Assembly (NCBI GenBank): GCA_020024615.1
Contig: JAHHTP010000003.1
Span: 4,112 to 68,111, forward strand
Direction: 5' to 3'
DNA length: 64,000 nt
From: Oscillospiraceae bacterium
Lineage (GTDB): Bacteria; Bacillota; Clostridia; Oscillospirales; Ruminococcaceae
Shown here: positions 9,720 through 19,948 of the stretch, in pieces
Numbering within the stretch: the first letter of the stretch is position 1
How the letters are laid out: the number at the start of each line of letters is the position of its first letter
The notes under the pieces: generated by a model
What the model was told of the DNA's origin: nothing
Databases searched by the model: none
The model's input: only the letters and a program-made list of their open reading frames with translations
Made by a program: the position numbers and the translations under genes

Positions 9720-11888
9720 ATGAAGATCATAAAACGCAACGGTAGCGAAGCCGTATTCAACAGCGATAAAATCAAAAAAGCAATCAGTAAGGCAAATAAT
9801 GTTGTTTCTGAATCTGAGCAACTCACCGAGATGCAGATTGATAAAATTACTGATACTGTTACCCGCCAGTGTGAGGATGCGCTGCGAGCTGTCAATGTTG
9901 AAGAAATTCAAGATATAGTAGAAAATGAATTGATGGCTTCCGGTGCATTCCAGGTAGCACGTCAGTACATTACCTATCGCTATACCCATAATCTGTGTCG
10001 CATGAACAACACCACAGATGAGCGCATTCTTTCTCTGATTGAACGCGAAAATGAAGAAGTTAAACAGGAAAACTCCAATAAAAATCCAACTGTTAACAGT
10101 GTTCAGCGTGACTATATGGCTGGTGAGGTTTCCAAAGATTTAACCCGCCGTATATTATTACCACAGGATATTGTAAAAGCACATGAAGAAGGTATCATCC
10201 ATTTCCATGATAGTGACTATTTCGCACAGCATATGCATAACTGCGATCTTGTCAACTTAGAGGATATGCTGCAAAACGGCACTGTTATTTCTGGAACCTT
10301 GATTGAGCGTCCGCATAGCTTCTCTACTGCCTGCAACATTGCAACCCAGATTATTGCACAGGTTGCATCCAATCAGTATGGTGGACAGAGTATTTCACTT
10401 GCACATTTAGCACCGTTTGTAGATGTTTCCCGTAAAAAAATCGCAGCAAGTGTTGAAGCTGAGATGGAAGGTCTTGATATCTCCCCGGAACGCAAACATA
10501 AAATGGTGGAAAAGCGCCTGCATGACGAAATTTCCCGCGGTGTTCAAACCATTCAATATCAGGTTGTTACCCTGATGACAACTAACGGTCAAGCTCCGTT
10601 TATCACTGTATTTATGTATCTGGGTGAAGCGAAAAACGAGCGAGAGAAAAAAGATCTTGCAATCATCATCGAGGAAACCATTCGTCAGCGTTATATCGGT
10701 GTTAAAAATGAAGATGGTGTATGGATTACTCCTGCATTCCCAAAACTGATCTATGTGCTTGAAGAACAGAACATTCATCCAGATAGCCCGTATTACTACT
10801 TAACCAAAATGAGTGCAAAATGCACTGCAAAACGCATGGTTCCAGATTATATCAGTGAAAAGAAAATGAAGGAACTGAAAATCGACAAAAATGGCGAAGG
10901 CCACTGCTATACCTGTATGGGATGCCGCAGCTTCTTAACGCCATATGTTGATGAAAACGGTAAACCAAAGTATTACGGCCGTTTCAATCAAGGTGTTGTT
11001 ACCCTCAACTTAGTCGATATTGCCCTGTCCAGCGGCAAAGACTTTGAAAAATTCGAACAGATTTTTGAAGAAAGACTGGAATTATGTCATAAAGCACTGC
11101 GTTGCCGCCATGAGCGTTTGCTGGGTACGCCAAGTGATACCGCACCAATTCTGTGGCAGTATGGCGCACTGGCAAGACTCAAAAAAGGCGAAACTATTGA
11201 CAAACTGCTGTACGGCGGTTATTCCACCATCTCGCTGGGCTATGCAGGACTATATGAGTGTGTCAAATATATGACCGGTGAAAGTCATACCGATCCAAAC
11301 GCAAAACCGTTCGCTCTGCATGTCATGCAGAAAATGAATGATAAATGCCAAGAGTGGAAAACAGCAGAAAATATTGATTATTCTCTCTACGGTACACCAC
11401 TGGAAAGTACCACTTATAAATTCGCATCCTGCTTGCAGCGTCGTTTTGGTGTGATCGAAGGCATCACGGATAAAAACTATATCACCAACAGCTATCATGT
11501 TCATGTCGGCGAAAAAATCGACGCATTCACCAAACTGAAATTTGAAAGTGAATTCCAACAGCTCTCTCCAGGCGGTGCAATTTCTTACATCGAAGTTCCG
11601 AATATGCAGGATAATCTGGAAGCTGTTATGAGTGTTATTCAGTTCATCTATAACAACATCATGTATGCAGAATTGAATACCAAAAGCGACTACTGCCAGG
11701 TATGTGGCTATGATGGTGAAATCCAGATTGTCGAAGATGATGGCAAGTTGATCTGGGAATGCCCACACTGCAAAAATAGAGAACCAAGCAAGCTGAATGT
11801 TGCAAGAAGAACTTGCGGTTATATCGGCACTCAGTTCTGGAACCAGGGGCGTACACAGGAAATCCGTGATCGTGTTCTGCATCTGTAA
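9720..11888 (+). CDS. nrdD: Anaerobic ribonucleoside-triphosphate reductase (class III RNR)
   Basis: ATP-cone N-terminus MKIIKRNGSEAVFNSDKIKKAI, Zn ribbon CQVCGYDGE...CPHCKN and glycyl-radical C-terminus RTCGYIG. RBS ggagg before ATG 9720. Confidence 0.9.
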   Translation: MKIIKRNGSEAVFNSDKIKKAISKANNVVSESEQLTEMQIDKITDTVTRQCEDALRAVNVEEIQDIVENELMASGAFQVARQYITYRYTHNLCRMNNTTDERILSLIERENEEVKQENSNKNPTVNSVQRDYMAGEVSKDLTRRILLPQDIVKAHEEGIIHFHDSDYFAQHMHNCDLVNLEDMLQNGTVISGTLIERPHSFSTACNIATQIIAQVASNQYGGQSISLAHLAPFVDVSRKKIAASVEAEMEGLDISPERKHKMVEKRLHDEISRGVQTIQYQVVTLMTTNGQAPFITVFMYLGEAKNEREKKDLAIIIEETIRQRYIGVKNEDGVWITPAFPKLIYVLEEQNIHPDSPYYYLTKMSAKCTAKRMVPDYISEKKMKELKIDKNGEGHCYTCMGCRSFLTPYVDENGKPKYYGRFNQGVVTLNLVDIALSSGKDFEKFEQIFEERLELCHKALRCRHERLLGTPSDTAPILWQYGALARLKKGETIDKLLYGGYSTISLGYAGLYECVKYMTGESHTDPNAKPFALHVMQKMNDKCQEWKTAENIDYSLYGTPLESTTYKFASCLQRRFGVIEGITDKNYITNSYHVHVGEKIDAFTKLKFESEFQQLSPGGAISYIEVPNMQDNLEAVMSVIQFIYNNIMYAELNTKSDYCQVCGYDGEIQIVEDDGKLIWECPHCKNREPSKLNVARRTCGYIGTQFWNQGRTQEIRDRVLHL

Positions 11889-11899
11889 GGAAACACTTT

Positions 11900-12448
11900 A
11901 TGAATTACGCTACAATTAAATATAACGATATTGCAAACGGAATTGGCGTACGCACCAGCCTGTTTGTTTCCGGATGCACACACCACTGCAAAAACTGTTT
12001 CAATCAAGAAGCATGGGATTTTTCCTACGGCGAACCGTTTACCGATACCATCATTCAAGAAATTTTGGATAGTATGTCTCCTGATTTTATAACCGGGCTC
12101 TCGCTGCTCGGCGGAGAACCCTTTGAAATTCCAAATCAAAAGGGATTGCTTCCTCTGCTGAGAGCCTTTAGACAGCGTTATCCCAACAAAACCGTCTGGT
12201 GCTATACAGGATATACCTTAGAGTCAGATCTATTAGAAAATGGTTCTGTACATTGTGAGGTGACTGATGAAATCCTCTCCTATATCGATGTTCTGGTAGA
12301 TGGAGAATTTGTTCAGGATTTGTATGATTTGACGCTGCGGTTTCGCGGAAGCTCTAATCAGCGTCTGATTGACCTGCCTGCTACATTAAAAGCCGGGAAA
12401 GTTATAATCTGGGAAGATGAAGTTCTGTTTGCCAAACGCGGAATGTAA
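11900..12448 (+). CDS. nrdG: Anaerobic RNR activating radical-SAM protein
   Basis: VSGCTHHCKNCFN radical-SAM cysteine motif, immediately downstream of nrdD. Confidence 0.85.
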   Translation: MNYATIKYNDIANGIGVRTSLFVSGCTHHCKNCFNQEAWDFSYGEPFTDTIIQEILDSMSPDFITGLSLLGGEPFEIPNQKGLLPLLRAFRQRYPNKTVWCYTGYTLESDLLENGSVHCEVTDEILSYIDVLVDGEFVQDLYDLTLRFRGSSNQRLIDLPATLKAGKVIIWEDEVLFAKRGM

Positions 12449-12452
12449 TAAT

Positions 12453-12487
12453 AAAATGCGCATCGTAATGATGCGCATTTTTGTTTG
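12453..12487 (+). terminator. Intrinsic terminator of the nrdDG operon
   Basis: aatgcgcatc-gtaat-gatgcgcatt followed by ttttgtttg. Confidence 0.55.
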
Positions 12488-12530
12488 TTGATATTGCAAA
12501 ACACTCACAATTATATTGGTTTCGTTTTTC

Positions 12531-13211
12531 TTATCTGTGTAGAATCTTTTCATTTCCCGCCATATAAAGCAGTTTACCAACATTTGAAGCCGTATGCTGT
12601 ACAGCACGCAAAGAATTTAATCGTTGCGGATAATGATCCCCTTCCCAACTTTTCGGCAGCGGATATCCCAAAACTGTGCCTTCATAAATGACATCTGCTT
12701 CCAGCATTTCTTCTAAATTCTCAATGGAGCAAAACTTCGGAACATTGGATATATACCCGCTTGCAGCCAGAGCGTCTGTAACAAATTCGATGCAGGTATA
12801 GCTTTTAGAAAGTTTGAAACGCCTGTGAGAAATGTGTGTTGCCGCGGACAGAAGATTGTATACATACTCGTTTGGATGACTTAAAAACGGATGTATAAAG
12901 TCACACAGCTTTTGATACTGCTCTGCATGCAGACGAAGACGGCAAACCTTTAAAATTGTTCTGGAATCCCGTGGAAAACGGCGCAGCGACTCCTTGATAA
13001 ATCCACCATAAAACGGTGTATTCTTATGCTGACGCGCAAAGGTATAAAGAACACGCAGATCCGGATAAAGAGAAAGCGATGCATGATTATACCGATGTTT
13101 TGTCATTGTCCGGATTACCTTACCAACTTTCGTAGTTGTTACCATAAATACTACATATATGTAGCGATCATCGCTTTTTTTTTCTAAATTCATTTCTATT
13201 ATCCTTTCCAA
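12531..13211 (-). CDS. Hypothetical protein (226 aa). The His-before-Cys arrangement suggests a possible permuted papain-like hydrolase.
   Basis: ORF with good coding look and conserved-looking YNHASL and YTCIEFV segments. No confident family. Confidence 0.4.
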   Translation of the reverse strand: MERIIEMNLEKKSDDRYIYVVFMVTTTKVGKVIRTMTKHRYNHASLSLYPDLRVLYTFARQHKNTPFYGGFIKESLRRFPRDSRTILKVCRLRLHAEQYQKLCDFIHPFLSHPNEYVYNLLSAATHISHRRFKLSKSYTCIEFVTDALAASGYISNVPKFCSIENLEEMLEADVIYEGTVLGYPLPKSWEGDHYPQRLNSLRAVQHTASNVGKLLYMAGNEKILHR

Positions 13212-13337
13212 ACTCTATTTTCTTCATTTCAGCAATATGAAATATCTATATATCTTTATATTATATCAAAATTCAATTGAAAAATAAATATCGTTTCTGT
13301 AAATAAAAACAGCTGTCCGAATTGGAACAGCTGTCTA

Positions 13338-13957
13338 TTATATCTTGTCATACGCCCAATTTAATAATTCACGCTCTTTGAAAATATCTTTTACCGAAAC
13401 ACGATGCTCGGTTAGCAGAATCCGACAATGCACTGGCATGTTATTTAACAACTTAGCAACTATTTCTTCTGATTTCCCATTTTCCTCATTATCAAACCAT
13501 GCTAAAATCAATTTTGAACTTTTGATGCAATACTGCTTCAGTGCATCAATAAGCTCAGATGACAATGTACGGCAGATACGATACCGACAAACGCAGTAAT
13601 ATAAAACATAAAGTTCATCGTACAAGACACTTTCCAGAACATGTGCATACCGGGAGTGCAGGATATTTTTATAAGGCAGATGATTTTCCTGATTACTGCG
13701 CATCAGGCGGACTAATGCCTCATTCCAGCAGAAAGAATCTTCTGCATAAATCGTTTCTTCAATATAGCGTCGGCAAACCCACTGAATTAACTCAGTACGA
13801 TCTGAAAAATAGTGATAAAACATCTGTCTGGAAATACCGCCAGCTTCAGTTATGTCAATAATCGTAATTTTATTCAACGGCTTGGTTTTCAGACAATGTT
13901 AAAAGATGCGGCTATTTCTTTTCTGGTTTGTAAGCGTTTTTCATTTTGTATCATCAT
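13338..13957 (-). pseudogene. TetR/AcrR family regulator split by a frameshift at about 13878-13892
   Basis: Downstream ORF (TTG at 13877) starts mid-HTH: LNKITIIDITEAGGISRQMFYHYF. The missing helix-1 (MIQNEKRLQTRKEIAASFNIV) is encoded immediately upstream in another frame (ORF 13889..14080). Either a true frameshift or a sequencing error next to an A4 run. Confidence 0.5.
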
Positions 13958-14230
13958 GTCACCCTCCATATGTGTTTTCTTTGCGTTGCATTTTCCCCTA
14001 TTTTCAAACACACTTATCTTGTGTGAAATCACAAAAGTGGTGAAACAACAGCTTAAAACAACGGTGATTCCTTTTTTCATATAAACATCAGATTGATCTC
14101 AATCATCTATTCATCCCCATTCAACTTTCGAACTTTATTATAGCATATAATGATGTATAAAACATGATAAATCTTACAAAAATGAAAAAAGAGATGAAAT
14201 CATCTCTTTTGACTAAACAGTGTTTTATTC

Positions 14231-14944
14231 TTAACGATGCGCATATTCCTCATATTTAAAATAATCAATCCGATATCTGCTTTCTGTGTACTGAAACAAC
14301 TCACCTGACTGTAAACGGGTGTAACTTCTGGTTACTGCCACCACCTGTTCATCCCCCAAATCCAGATACATTCTGTCCTCTCGGGTCGCCGGTTCCACTG
14401 TGATAATCTTGTGTGCCAGACCAATTTCAAGTCCAAGCTGATTTTCCAGATAAGCATACATGCTGCCTTCACAAATCTGGCGTGTCAACTTCGGTACAAC
14501 AGAACGCAGCAGCAGATCTTTATCCAGAATTACCCGCTCTCCATTTAATTTTCGAACCCGAATCAAACGATAAATTTCTGTTTGATCATCCGCATTCAAC
14601 CGCTGCATTGACTGTTCATCTGCAATCAAAATGGAAATATCTTCAATACAAGTTTGACAGACATCTGTCTGCTTATTCTGTTTAAGCTGCTCCGTAAAGG
14701 TGGTGATTCTCGAAACGGGGTATTCAAACTGACTGCGATCTAAAACCACACTCTCACGGCCACGCTGTTTGGTGATATAGTGATTTTGTTCCAGCAGCGT
14801 CATCGCTTTGCGCAAAGTATCGCGCGAAACGGAAAACTGCTTCATCATCTCACCTTCAGAAAGCATCTTATCCCCTGGCCTCAAACTTCCATTTTCCATC
14901 AAATTACGGTAATATTCAAAAATTTCCTTGTATTTGCTGGCCAT
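14231..14944 (-). CDS. GntR family (HutC/UTRA subfamily) transcriptional regulator
   Basis: N-terminal GntR HTH (YKEIFEYYRNLMENGSLRPGDKMLSEGEMMKQFSVSRDTLRKAM) plus UTRA-like C-terminal domain. Confidence 0.8.
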   Translation of the reverse strand: MASKYKEIFEYYRNLMENGSLRPGDKMLSEGEMMKQFSVSRDTLRKAMTLLEQNHYITKQRGRESVVLDRSQFEYPVSRITTFTEQLKQNKQTDVCQTCIEDISILIADEQSMQRLNADDQTEIYRLIRVRKLNGERVILDKDLLLRSVVPKLTRQICEGSMYAYLENQLGLEIGLAHKIITVEPATREDRMYLDLGDEQVVAVTRSYTRLQSGELFQYTESRYRIDYFKYEEYAHR

Positions 14945-15300
14945 TGCCTGCTCCTCCTGCTTCAAACAAGTAATACGCATATTCGTCTTAAAATCTGTCT
15001 AACATATATGCTTTCCTGCCTTTATTGATGTTGAGATTATCCAATTTACGGCATAATTCCCCTCTCAAATACGCCTTATTACTTCATTATATCACAGTTT
15101 TTAACGATTGCAACTTATTATTGAAATTTTTTTGTAATCATTGACAAAAAATTCTAATCCTCTTATCAAAACATTTGCGCTCTAAAATCGATAATAAATT
15201 GACAAATATTTCTCAAAATGCTATAATAGCTATGGGAAATATCTATCATTTGAATGGGGTATCCCATAAACCTACTAATTTGACAAGGATGGATTTTATT

Positions 15301-16500
15301 ATGTATCAAGTTAAAAAAATCAAAGAAGATTTATACTGGGTCGGAGCAAACGACCGCCGCTTATCCCTGTTCGAGAATGTATACCCGCTGACTCACGGCG
15401 TGTCCTATAACTCTTATCTAATGCTGGATGAAAAAACCGTTTTATTTGACACTGTTGATAAAGCTGTTGACCAGCAGTTCTATGAAAATATCACTCATGT
15501 ATTAAATGGTCGTTCCCTGGATTATTTAATCATCAACCATATGGAGCCGGATCACTGTGCTTGCATTGAGTCCATCTGCACCAAATATCCGGAAGTACAA
15601 ATCGTCTGCAATGTAAAAACAGAAGCTATGATCAAACAGTTCTTCAATTTCAATATTGATGGACGCACTGTTATCATCAAAGAAGGCGATAAACTGGAGA
15701 CTGGCCGCCACACTTTAACCTTCGTTATGGCTCCGATGGTTCACTGGCCGGAAGCAATGGTCACCTATGACTGCACCGATAAAATCCTGTTCTCCGCAGA
15801 TGCATTCGGCACCTTCGGTTCTCTTGACGGCAGAATGTTCGCTGATGAAATGGATTTTGAGAACAAAATGCTCGATGAAGCTCGTCGTTACTATACTAAT
15901 ATTGTTGGTAAATATGGTCTGCAAGTAAATGCACTGCTTAAAAAAGCATCTACACTGGAAATCAGCATGGTTTGCCCTCTGCATGGTCCGGTTTGGAGAA
16001 AAAATATCGGCTGGTTTATCGATAAATATCTCAAATGGGCTTCCTATATTCCGGAAGATAAAGCTGTTATGATCGCATACGGCTCCATCTATGGTCATAC
16101 CGAAAATGCTGCTGAAATCTTAGCATCCGCACTGAATGATTTAGGTGTAAAAGATGTTATGATGTACGATGTTTCCAGCACCGATAACTCTGTTATCATC
16201 TCCGAATCATTCCGTTGCAGCCACCTGGTATTCGCTTCTGCAACCTATAATCTGGGAATTTTCGTTAAAATGGAAGAAACCGTTCATGACTTGGTTGCAC
16301 ACGCTATTCAGAACCGCACCATTGCTGTTATTGAAAACGGAAGCTGGGCACCAAGTGCTGGCAAACTCATCCGCGAGCAAATGGCAAAACTAAAAAATTG
16401 TACCGTTCTGGAAGACAATATCTTAGTCAGATCTTCTGTCAAAGAAGACAATCGTGCACAGCTGCTTGCATTGGCAGAGAAAATCGCAGCAGATTTTTAA
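15301..16500 (+). CDS. fprA: FprA-type flavodiiron protein (metallo-beta-lactamase plus flavodoxin domains; O2/NO reductase)
   Basis: HMEPDHCACI di-iron motif plus flavodoxin-like C-terminal half. Start ATG 15301 (MYQVKKIKEDLYWVGANDRRL). Confidence 0.8.
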   Translation: MYQVKKIKEDLYWVGANDRRLSLFENVYPLTHGVSYNSYLMLDEKTVLFDTVDKAVDQQFYENITHVLNGRSLDYLIINHMEPDHCACIESICTKYPEVQIVCNVKTEAMIKQFFNFNIDGRTVIIKEGDKLETGRHTLTFVMAPMVHWPEAMVTYDCTDKILFSADAFGTFGSLDGRMFADEMDFENKMLDEARRYYTNIVGKYGLQVNALLKKASTLEISMVCPLHGPVWRKNIGWFIDKYLKWASYIPEDKAVMIAYGSIYGHTENAAEILASALNDLGVKDVMMYDVSSTDNSVIISESFRCSHLVFASATYNLGIFVKMEETVHDLVAHAIQNRTIAVIENGSWAPSAGKLIREQMAKLKNCTVLEDNILVRSSVKEDNRAQLLALAEKIAADF

Positions 16501-16646
16501 TCACATAATTCCATGACGAAAAAGCCTTTTACACCCGCATCTGTCCTGTGTAAGAGGCTTTCATCATATATTGTAAATCCGGTAAAAATATGATAAAATA
16601 AAACAGTAAGAAACAATACAAAGCAGAAACTGGAGGTCAGCAAAAC

Positions 16647-18581
16647 ATGGATGCATATTTAAAAGCAATGAAATCTGGACAGAAATACTATCGACATCGC
16701 AGTGCCGAAGGTAAATATCCATATCTGCATGTTCTGGACGAAATGATCACCGAAATTGATATTGTTGCCGAAAACAGCCTGGGAACCATAGAAATTCCAA
16801 TGGAGCTGATTGTGGGAACCAAAACGGTTGGCCGTAGAAATGCTTTTGCCGGCAACTTTATGCCGCTTTTGGATCCCAAAACCGAATTTGCAGCCAAATG
16901 GTCGATTTTGTATGAATCACTTGAAACCGAAGGTCTGAATGAACCGATCAAAGCATATGAATATATGGGCTACTTCTATGTACAAGAAGGCAATAAGCGC
17001 GTATCAGTCATGAAATCACTCGGTGCGGTCAGCATTCCTGGCTCTGTCATTCGTCTGGTTCCGGAGCGTACCGAAGGCAAATTAAATCGGATTTATTATG
17101 AATTTCTGGATTTCTATAAAATTACTGGCGTCAACTATCTGATTTTCCACCATGAGGGTGGATATACCAAACTGATGTCAATGCTGCCGTATACTACTAC
17201 GAGATGGACTTCTGAGGAACGCGGAGATTTCAGAAGTGTATACTCCATCTTTACAAAAATGTTTTATGAATGTGGTGGCGATAAGCTAACCGATGTATCA
17301 CCTGCTGATGCTCTGGTGCGCTATATGCAGATTTATGGCGGTTTTTCCATTCTGCATAAACAAACCAGCACTGAGATTAAAAATGCACTTAATCTGATGT
17401 GGAAAGAAATCATGGCACTTCAACCGCATGAAGCCGCACAGTTTTCCATGCAGCCGGAGAATTTTGACAAAAAAAATAATTTTATCGCTGGTATGTTCGG
17501 AGAAAATAAACCCAAACAAATTACAGCAGCTTTTATTTTTTCTGGTACTTCCCAAAATTCCAGCTGGAATTACGGACATGAGCTTGGTCGAAAAACACTC
17601 GAACAGGAGTTCCCTGCCAAAATGCTGGTCACAAAGGTTTACGATAATGCTAATATGGACAATATCGAAGCAAAAATTGACCAGGCGATAACCGACGGCT
17701 GTAATGTAGTGTTCACCACCAGTCCTATTTTCCTGCACACTACCTTAAAAACAGCGCTCACCTATCCAAATATTAAGTTTTTAAATTGCTCCCTCAATAC
17801 CAACCATCCGACCATCCGCACCTATTATGCCAGAATGTATGAGGTAAAATTCCTGCTTGGTATTATTGCTGGTGCGATGACCCAAACCGGCAAGGTAGGC
17901 TATATCGCCAATTCCCCGATCGTTGGAGAACTTGCCAATATCAATGCATTTGCCATTGGTGCAAGAATGGTCAATCCAAATATCGAGGTTCGGATTGACT
18001 GGTATGGTATCGTTGATAACAATCCAGAGCAGAATCTAATTAATGCTGGTGTAGACCTGATTTCTGGCAAGGATTGGATCGTTCCAGAATCACAGGACAG
18101 ACATTTCGGTCTTTACGAACTGAACAGCGATAAACCTAACATTGCAATGGCAATGCTTAACTGGGGAGATCTGTACGAAAAAATGGTGCAGTCTATTCTA
18201 GATGGTAATTGGGAGGATGAGGCGAAATCCAAGCGCGCAATTAACTACTGGTGGGGCATTTCATCTGGTGTAGTCGATATCATCTGTGGTTCAAGTGTTC
18301 CGCAAAGTGTGAAACAACTGGTACACATCCTGAAACTGGGGATTGCATCCGGCGTTGTTAATCCGTTCTCTGGCATTCTGCACAGCCATGATGGAGTAAT
18401 CCTCGAAAACGAAAACAGTTTTCTCAAGCCGGAAGAAATATTGAAGATCGATTGGCTTCTAGATAATATTATCGGCAGAATACCGGAATCATCCGAACTT
18501 AATGTAGCCGAGCAGATTAAAATGCGCTTCCAAAGCATTGAACCACTGACCGATGTCAAAGGCAACATTAACTCACAATAA
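16647..18581 (+). CDS. Cytoplasmic fusion protein: ParB/Srx-like N-terminal domain plus BMP (PnrA-like) nucleoside-binding domain
   Basis: The N-terminal segment YEYMGYFYVQEGNKRVSVMKSLGAVSIPGSVI resembles the ParB/sulfiredoxin core (…DG.HR…A.k.lG…iP). The C-terminal half YARMYEVKFLLGIIAGAMTQTGKVGYIANSPIVGELANINAFAIGARMVNPNIEV resembles BMP-family periplasmic binding proteins. There is no signal peptide. Confidence 0.5.
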   Translation: MDAYLKAMKSGQKYYRHRSAEGKYPYLHVLDEMITEIDIVAENSLGTIEIPMELIVGTKTVGRRNAFAGNFMPLLDPKTEFAAKWSILYESLETEGLNEPIKAYEYMGYFYVQEGNKRVSVMKSLGAVSIPGSVIRLVPERTEGKLNRIYYEFLDFYKITGVNYLIFHHEGGYTKLMSMLPYTTTRWTSEERGDFRSVYSIFTKMFYECGGDKLTDVSPADALVRYMQIYGGFSILHKQTSTEIKNALNLMWKEIMALQPHEAAQFSMQPENFDKKNNFIAGMFGENKPKQITAAFIFSGTSQNSSWNYGHELGRKTLEQEFPAKMLVTKVYDNANMDNIEAKIDQAITDGCNVVFTTSPIFLHTTLKTALTYPNIKFLNCSLNTNHPTIRTYYARMYEVKFLLGIIAGAMTQTGKVGYIANSPIVGELANINAFAIGARMVNPNIEVRIDWYGIVDNNPEQNLINAGVDLISGKDWIVPESQDRHFGLYELNSDKPNIAMAMLNWGDLYEKMVQSILDGNWEDEAKSKRAINYWWGISSGVVDIICGSSVPQSVKQLVHILKLGIASGVVNPFSGILHSHDGVILENENSFLKPEEILKIDWLLDNIIGRIPESSELNVAEQIKMRFQSIEPLTDVKGNINSQ

Positions 18582-18598
18582 AAGAGGGGAGAGAAAAT

Positions 18599-19225
18599 AT
18601 GAAAATTCTGGTTTTATCCGATCACGAAAGCCCGGCACTCTGGGATTATTTTGACAAGAAAAAGCTTGCCGGGGTAGATCTGATCATATCCTGCGGCGAT
18701 TTGAAGGCAGAATATCTCTCTTTTCTGGTAACATTTACCTCTGCTCCAGTGCTCTATGTTCACGGCAATCACGATGAGCGTTATGAAAAGCAGCCACCAG
18801 AAGGCTGTATCTGCATTGAAGACAAGATATTTGTATATAACGGCGTGCGAATTTTAGGACTTGGCGGCTCCATGCGTTATCGTCCAGGAAAATATCAATA
18901 CACCCAGGAAGAAATGTTACATCGTGTCAAAAAATTAAAGCTTAAGCTCTGGAAACACAAAGGATTTGATATTCTGGTCACACATTCCCCAGCATTCGGT
19001 CTGAATGACGGTTCCGATTTAACACATACCGGGTTCAAAGCATTTAATATGCTGATTGATGAATATTCACCACATTATTTTCTGCATGGACATGTTCATT
19101 TAAATTATGGCAGAAATCCGAGAATGTGTAAACACGGAAATACCATTATTATCAATGGCTTCGAACGCTATATGTTCGAATACGATCCACTTGCCTTAAA
19201 AGAAGAACAAAAAGAAAGTATTTAA
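18599..19225 (+). CDS. Metallophosphoesterase (YfcE-like)
   Basis: MKILVLSDHES...GDL...GNHDE...HGHVH motifs. Confidence 0.75.
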   Translation: MKILVLSDHESPALWDYFDKKKLAGVDLIISCGDLKAEYLSFLVTFTSAPVLYVHGNHDERYEKQPPEGCICIEDKIFVYNGVRILGLGGSMRYRPGKYQYTQEEMLHRVKKLKLKLWKHKGFDILVTHSPAFGLNDGSDLTHTGFKAFNMLIDEYSPHYFLHGHVHLNYGRNPRMCKHGNTIIINGFERYMFEYDPLALKEEQKESI

Positions 19226-19234
19226 TGTAAAGAA

Positions 19235-19276
19235 AAGGCTGTACCCTGAAAATTGAGGTACAGCCTTCATTTTTAT
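19235..19276. terminator. Bidirectional terminator between convergent genes
   Basis: aaggctgtacc-(loop)-ggtacagcctt followed by catttttat. Confidence 0.5.
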
Positions 19277-19278
19277 AA

Positions 19279-19713
19279 TTAAGCTTTCTCGTATAAATCT
19301 TTTGCAAACGCAACAGCTTTGTTGATATGATCGTCATTCAGCTTTTCAGAAGAGAAGAAGCCTTTTTTCAGAGCAATACCACATTTTCCAACAATTTCAA
19401 CACCGTTTGCTTTCAACATATCCTCAAGTTCCGGAGCATTGCCGGAATCGTCTTTGCCGATTACAACAAGAGCAACGGTAGCTGCTCTTCTCGGAACGAT
19501 CTCTTTGCAGAATGCCATCAGTTTTTTATCCAATTTACCATAGTTTTCTAAAACAAAAAATACTAAAGTCTGACCTTCACACGGATATGCCGGCGGAACT
19601 TTATCACTTTTTACTTTCAGAGCGCGACCCATTGCGGTAGCAATCAAATCCGGATTGCCGTTTACCTCCTCCTCTTTTTTAACCGTATACAATACCTGTA
19701 CTTTTTTTGCCAT
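19279..19713 (-). CDS. Flavodoxin-like fold protein (uncertain)
   Basis: 144 aa whose C-terminal half resembles a flavodoxin fold. No clear FMN P-loop. Confidence 0.35.
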   Translation of the reverse strand: MAKKVQVLYTVKKEEEVNGNPDLIATAMGRALKVKSDKVPPAYPCEGQTLVFFVLENYGKLDKKLMAFCKEIVPRRAATVALVVIGKDDSGNAPELEDMLKANGVEIVGKCGIALKKGFFSSEKLNDDHINKAVAFAKDLYEKA

Positions 19714-19948
19714 CTGATTTTCTCCTTCATGTGCATAATTGGAATTGTGTAATGTAAAAATACAACGATATACCTTTTATATCTTAGCATATTTTCAGAT
19801 AAAAGTCAAAGCAAAAGGCTCAATTTTTTAGAAATATTTCAAAAATATTACAAATTGTTTTCAGATTTCTAAATAAAAAAGCAATATACTGTCTATCGCT
19901 TTATATATTGTTCTGGTATAATAAGGAAAAACAAAAAGGGGTAGACCT

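Noticed and set aside
13889-14080. Stand-alone 63-aa ORF MKKGITVVLSCC…
   Set aside because: Best explained as the displaced N-terminal part of the frameshifted TetR gene, not as an independent small protein.
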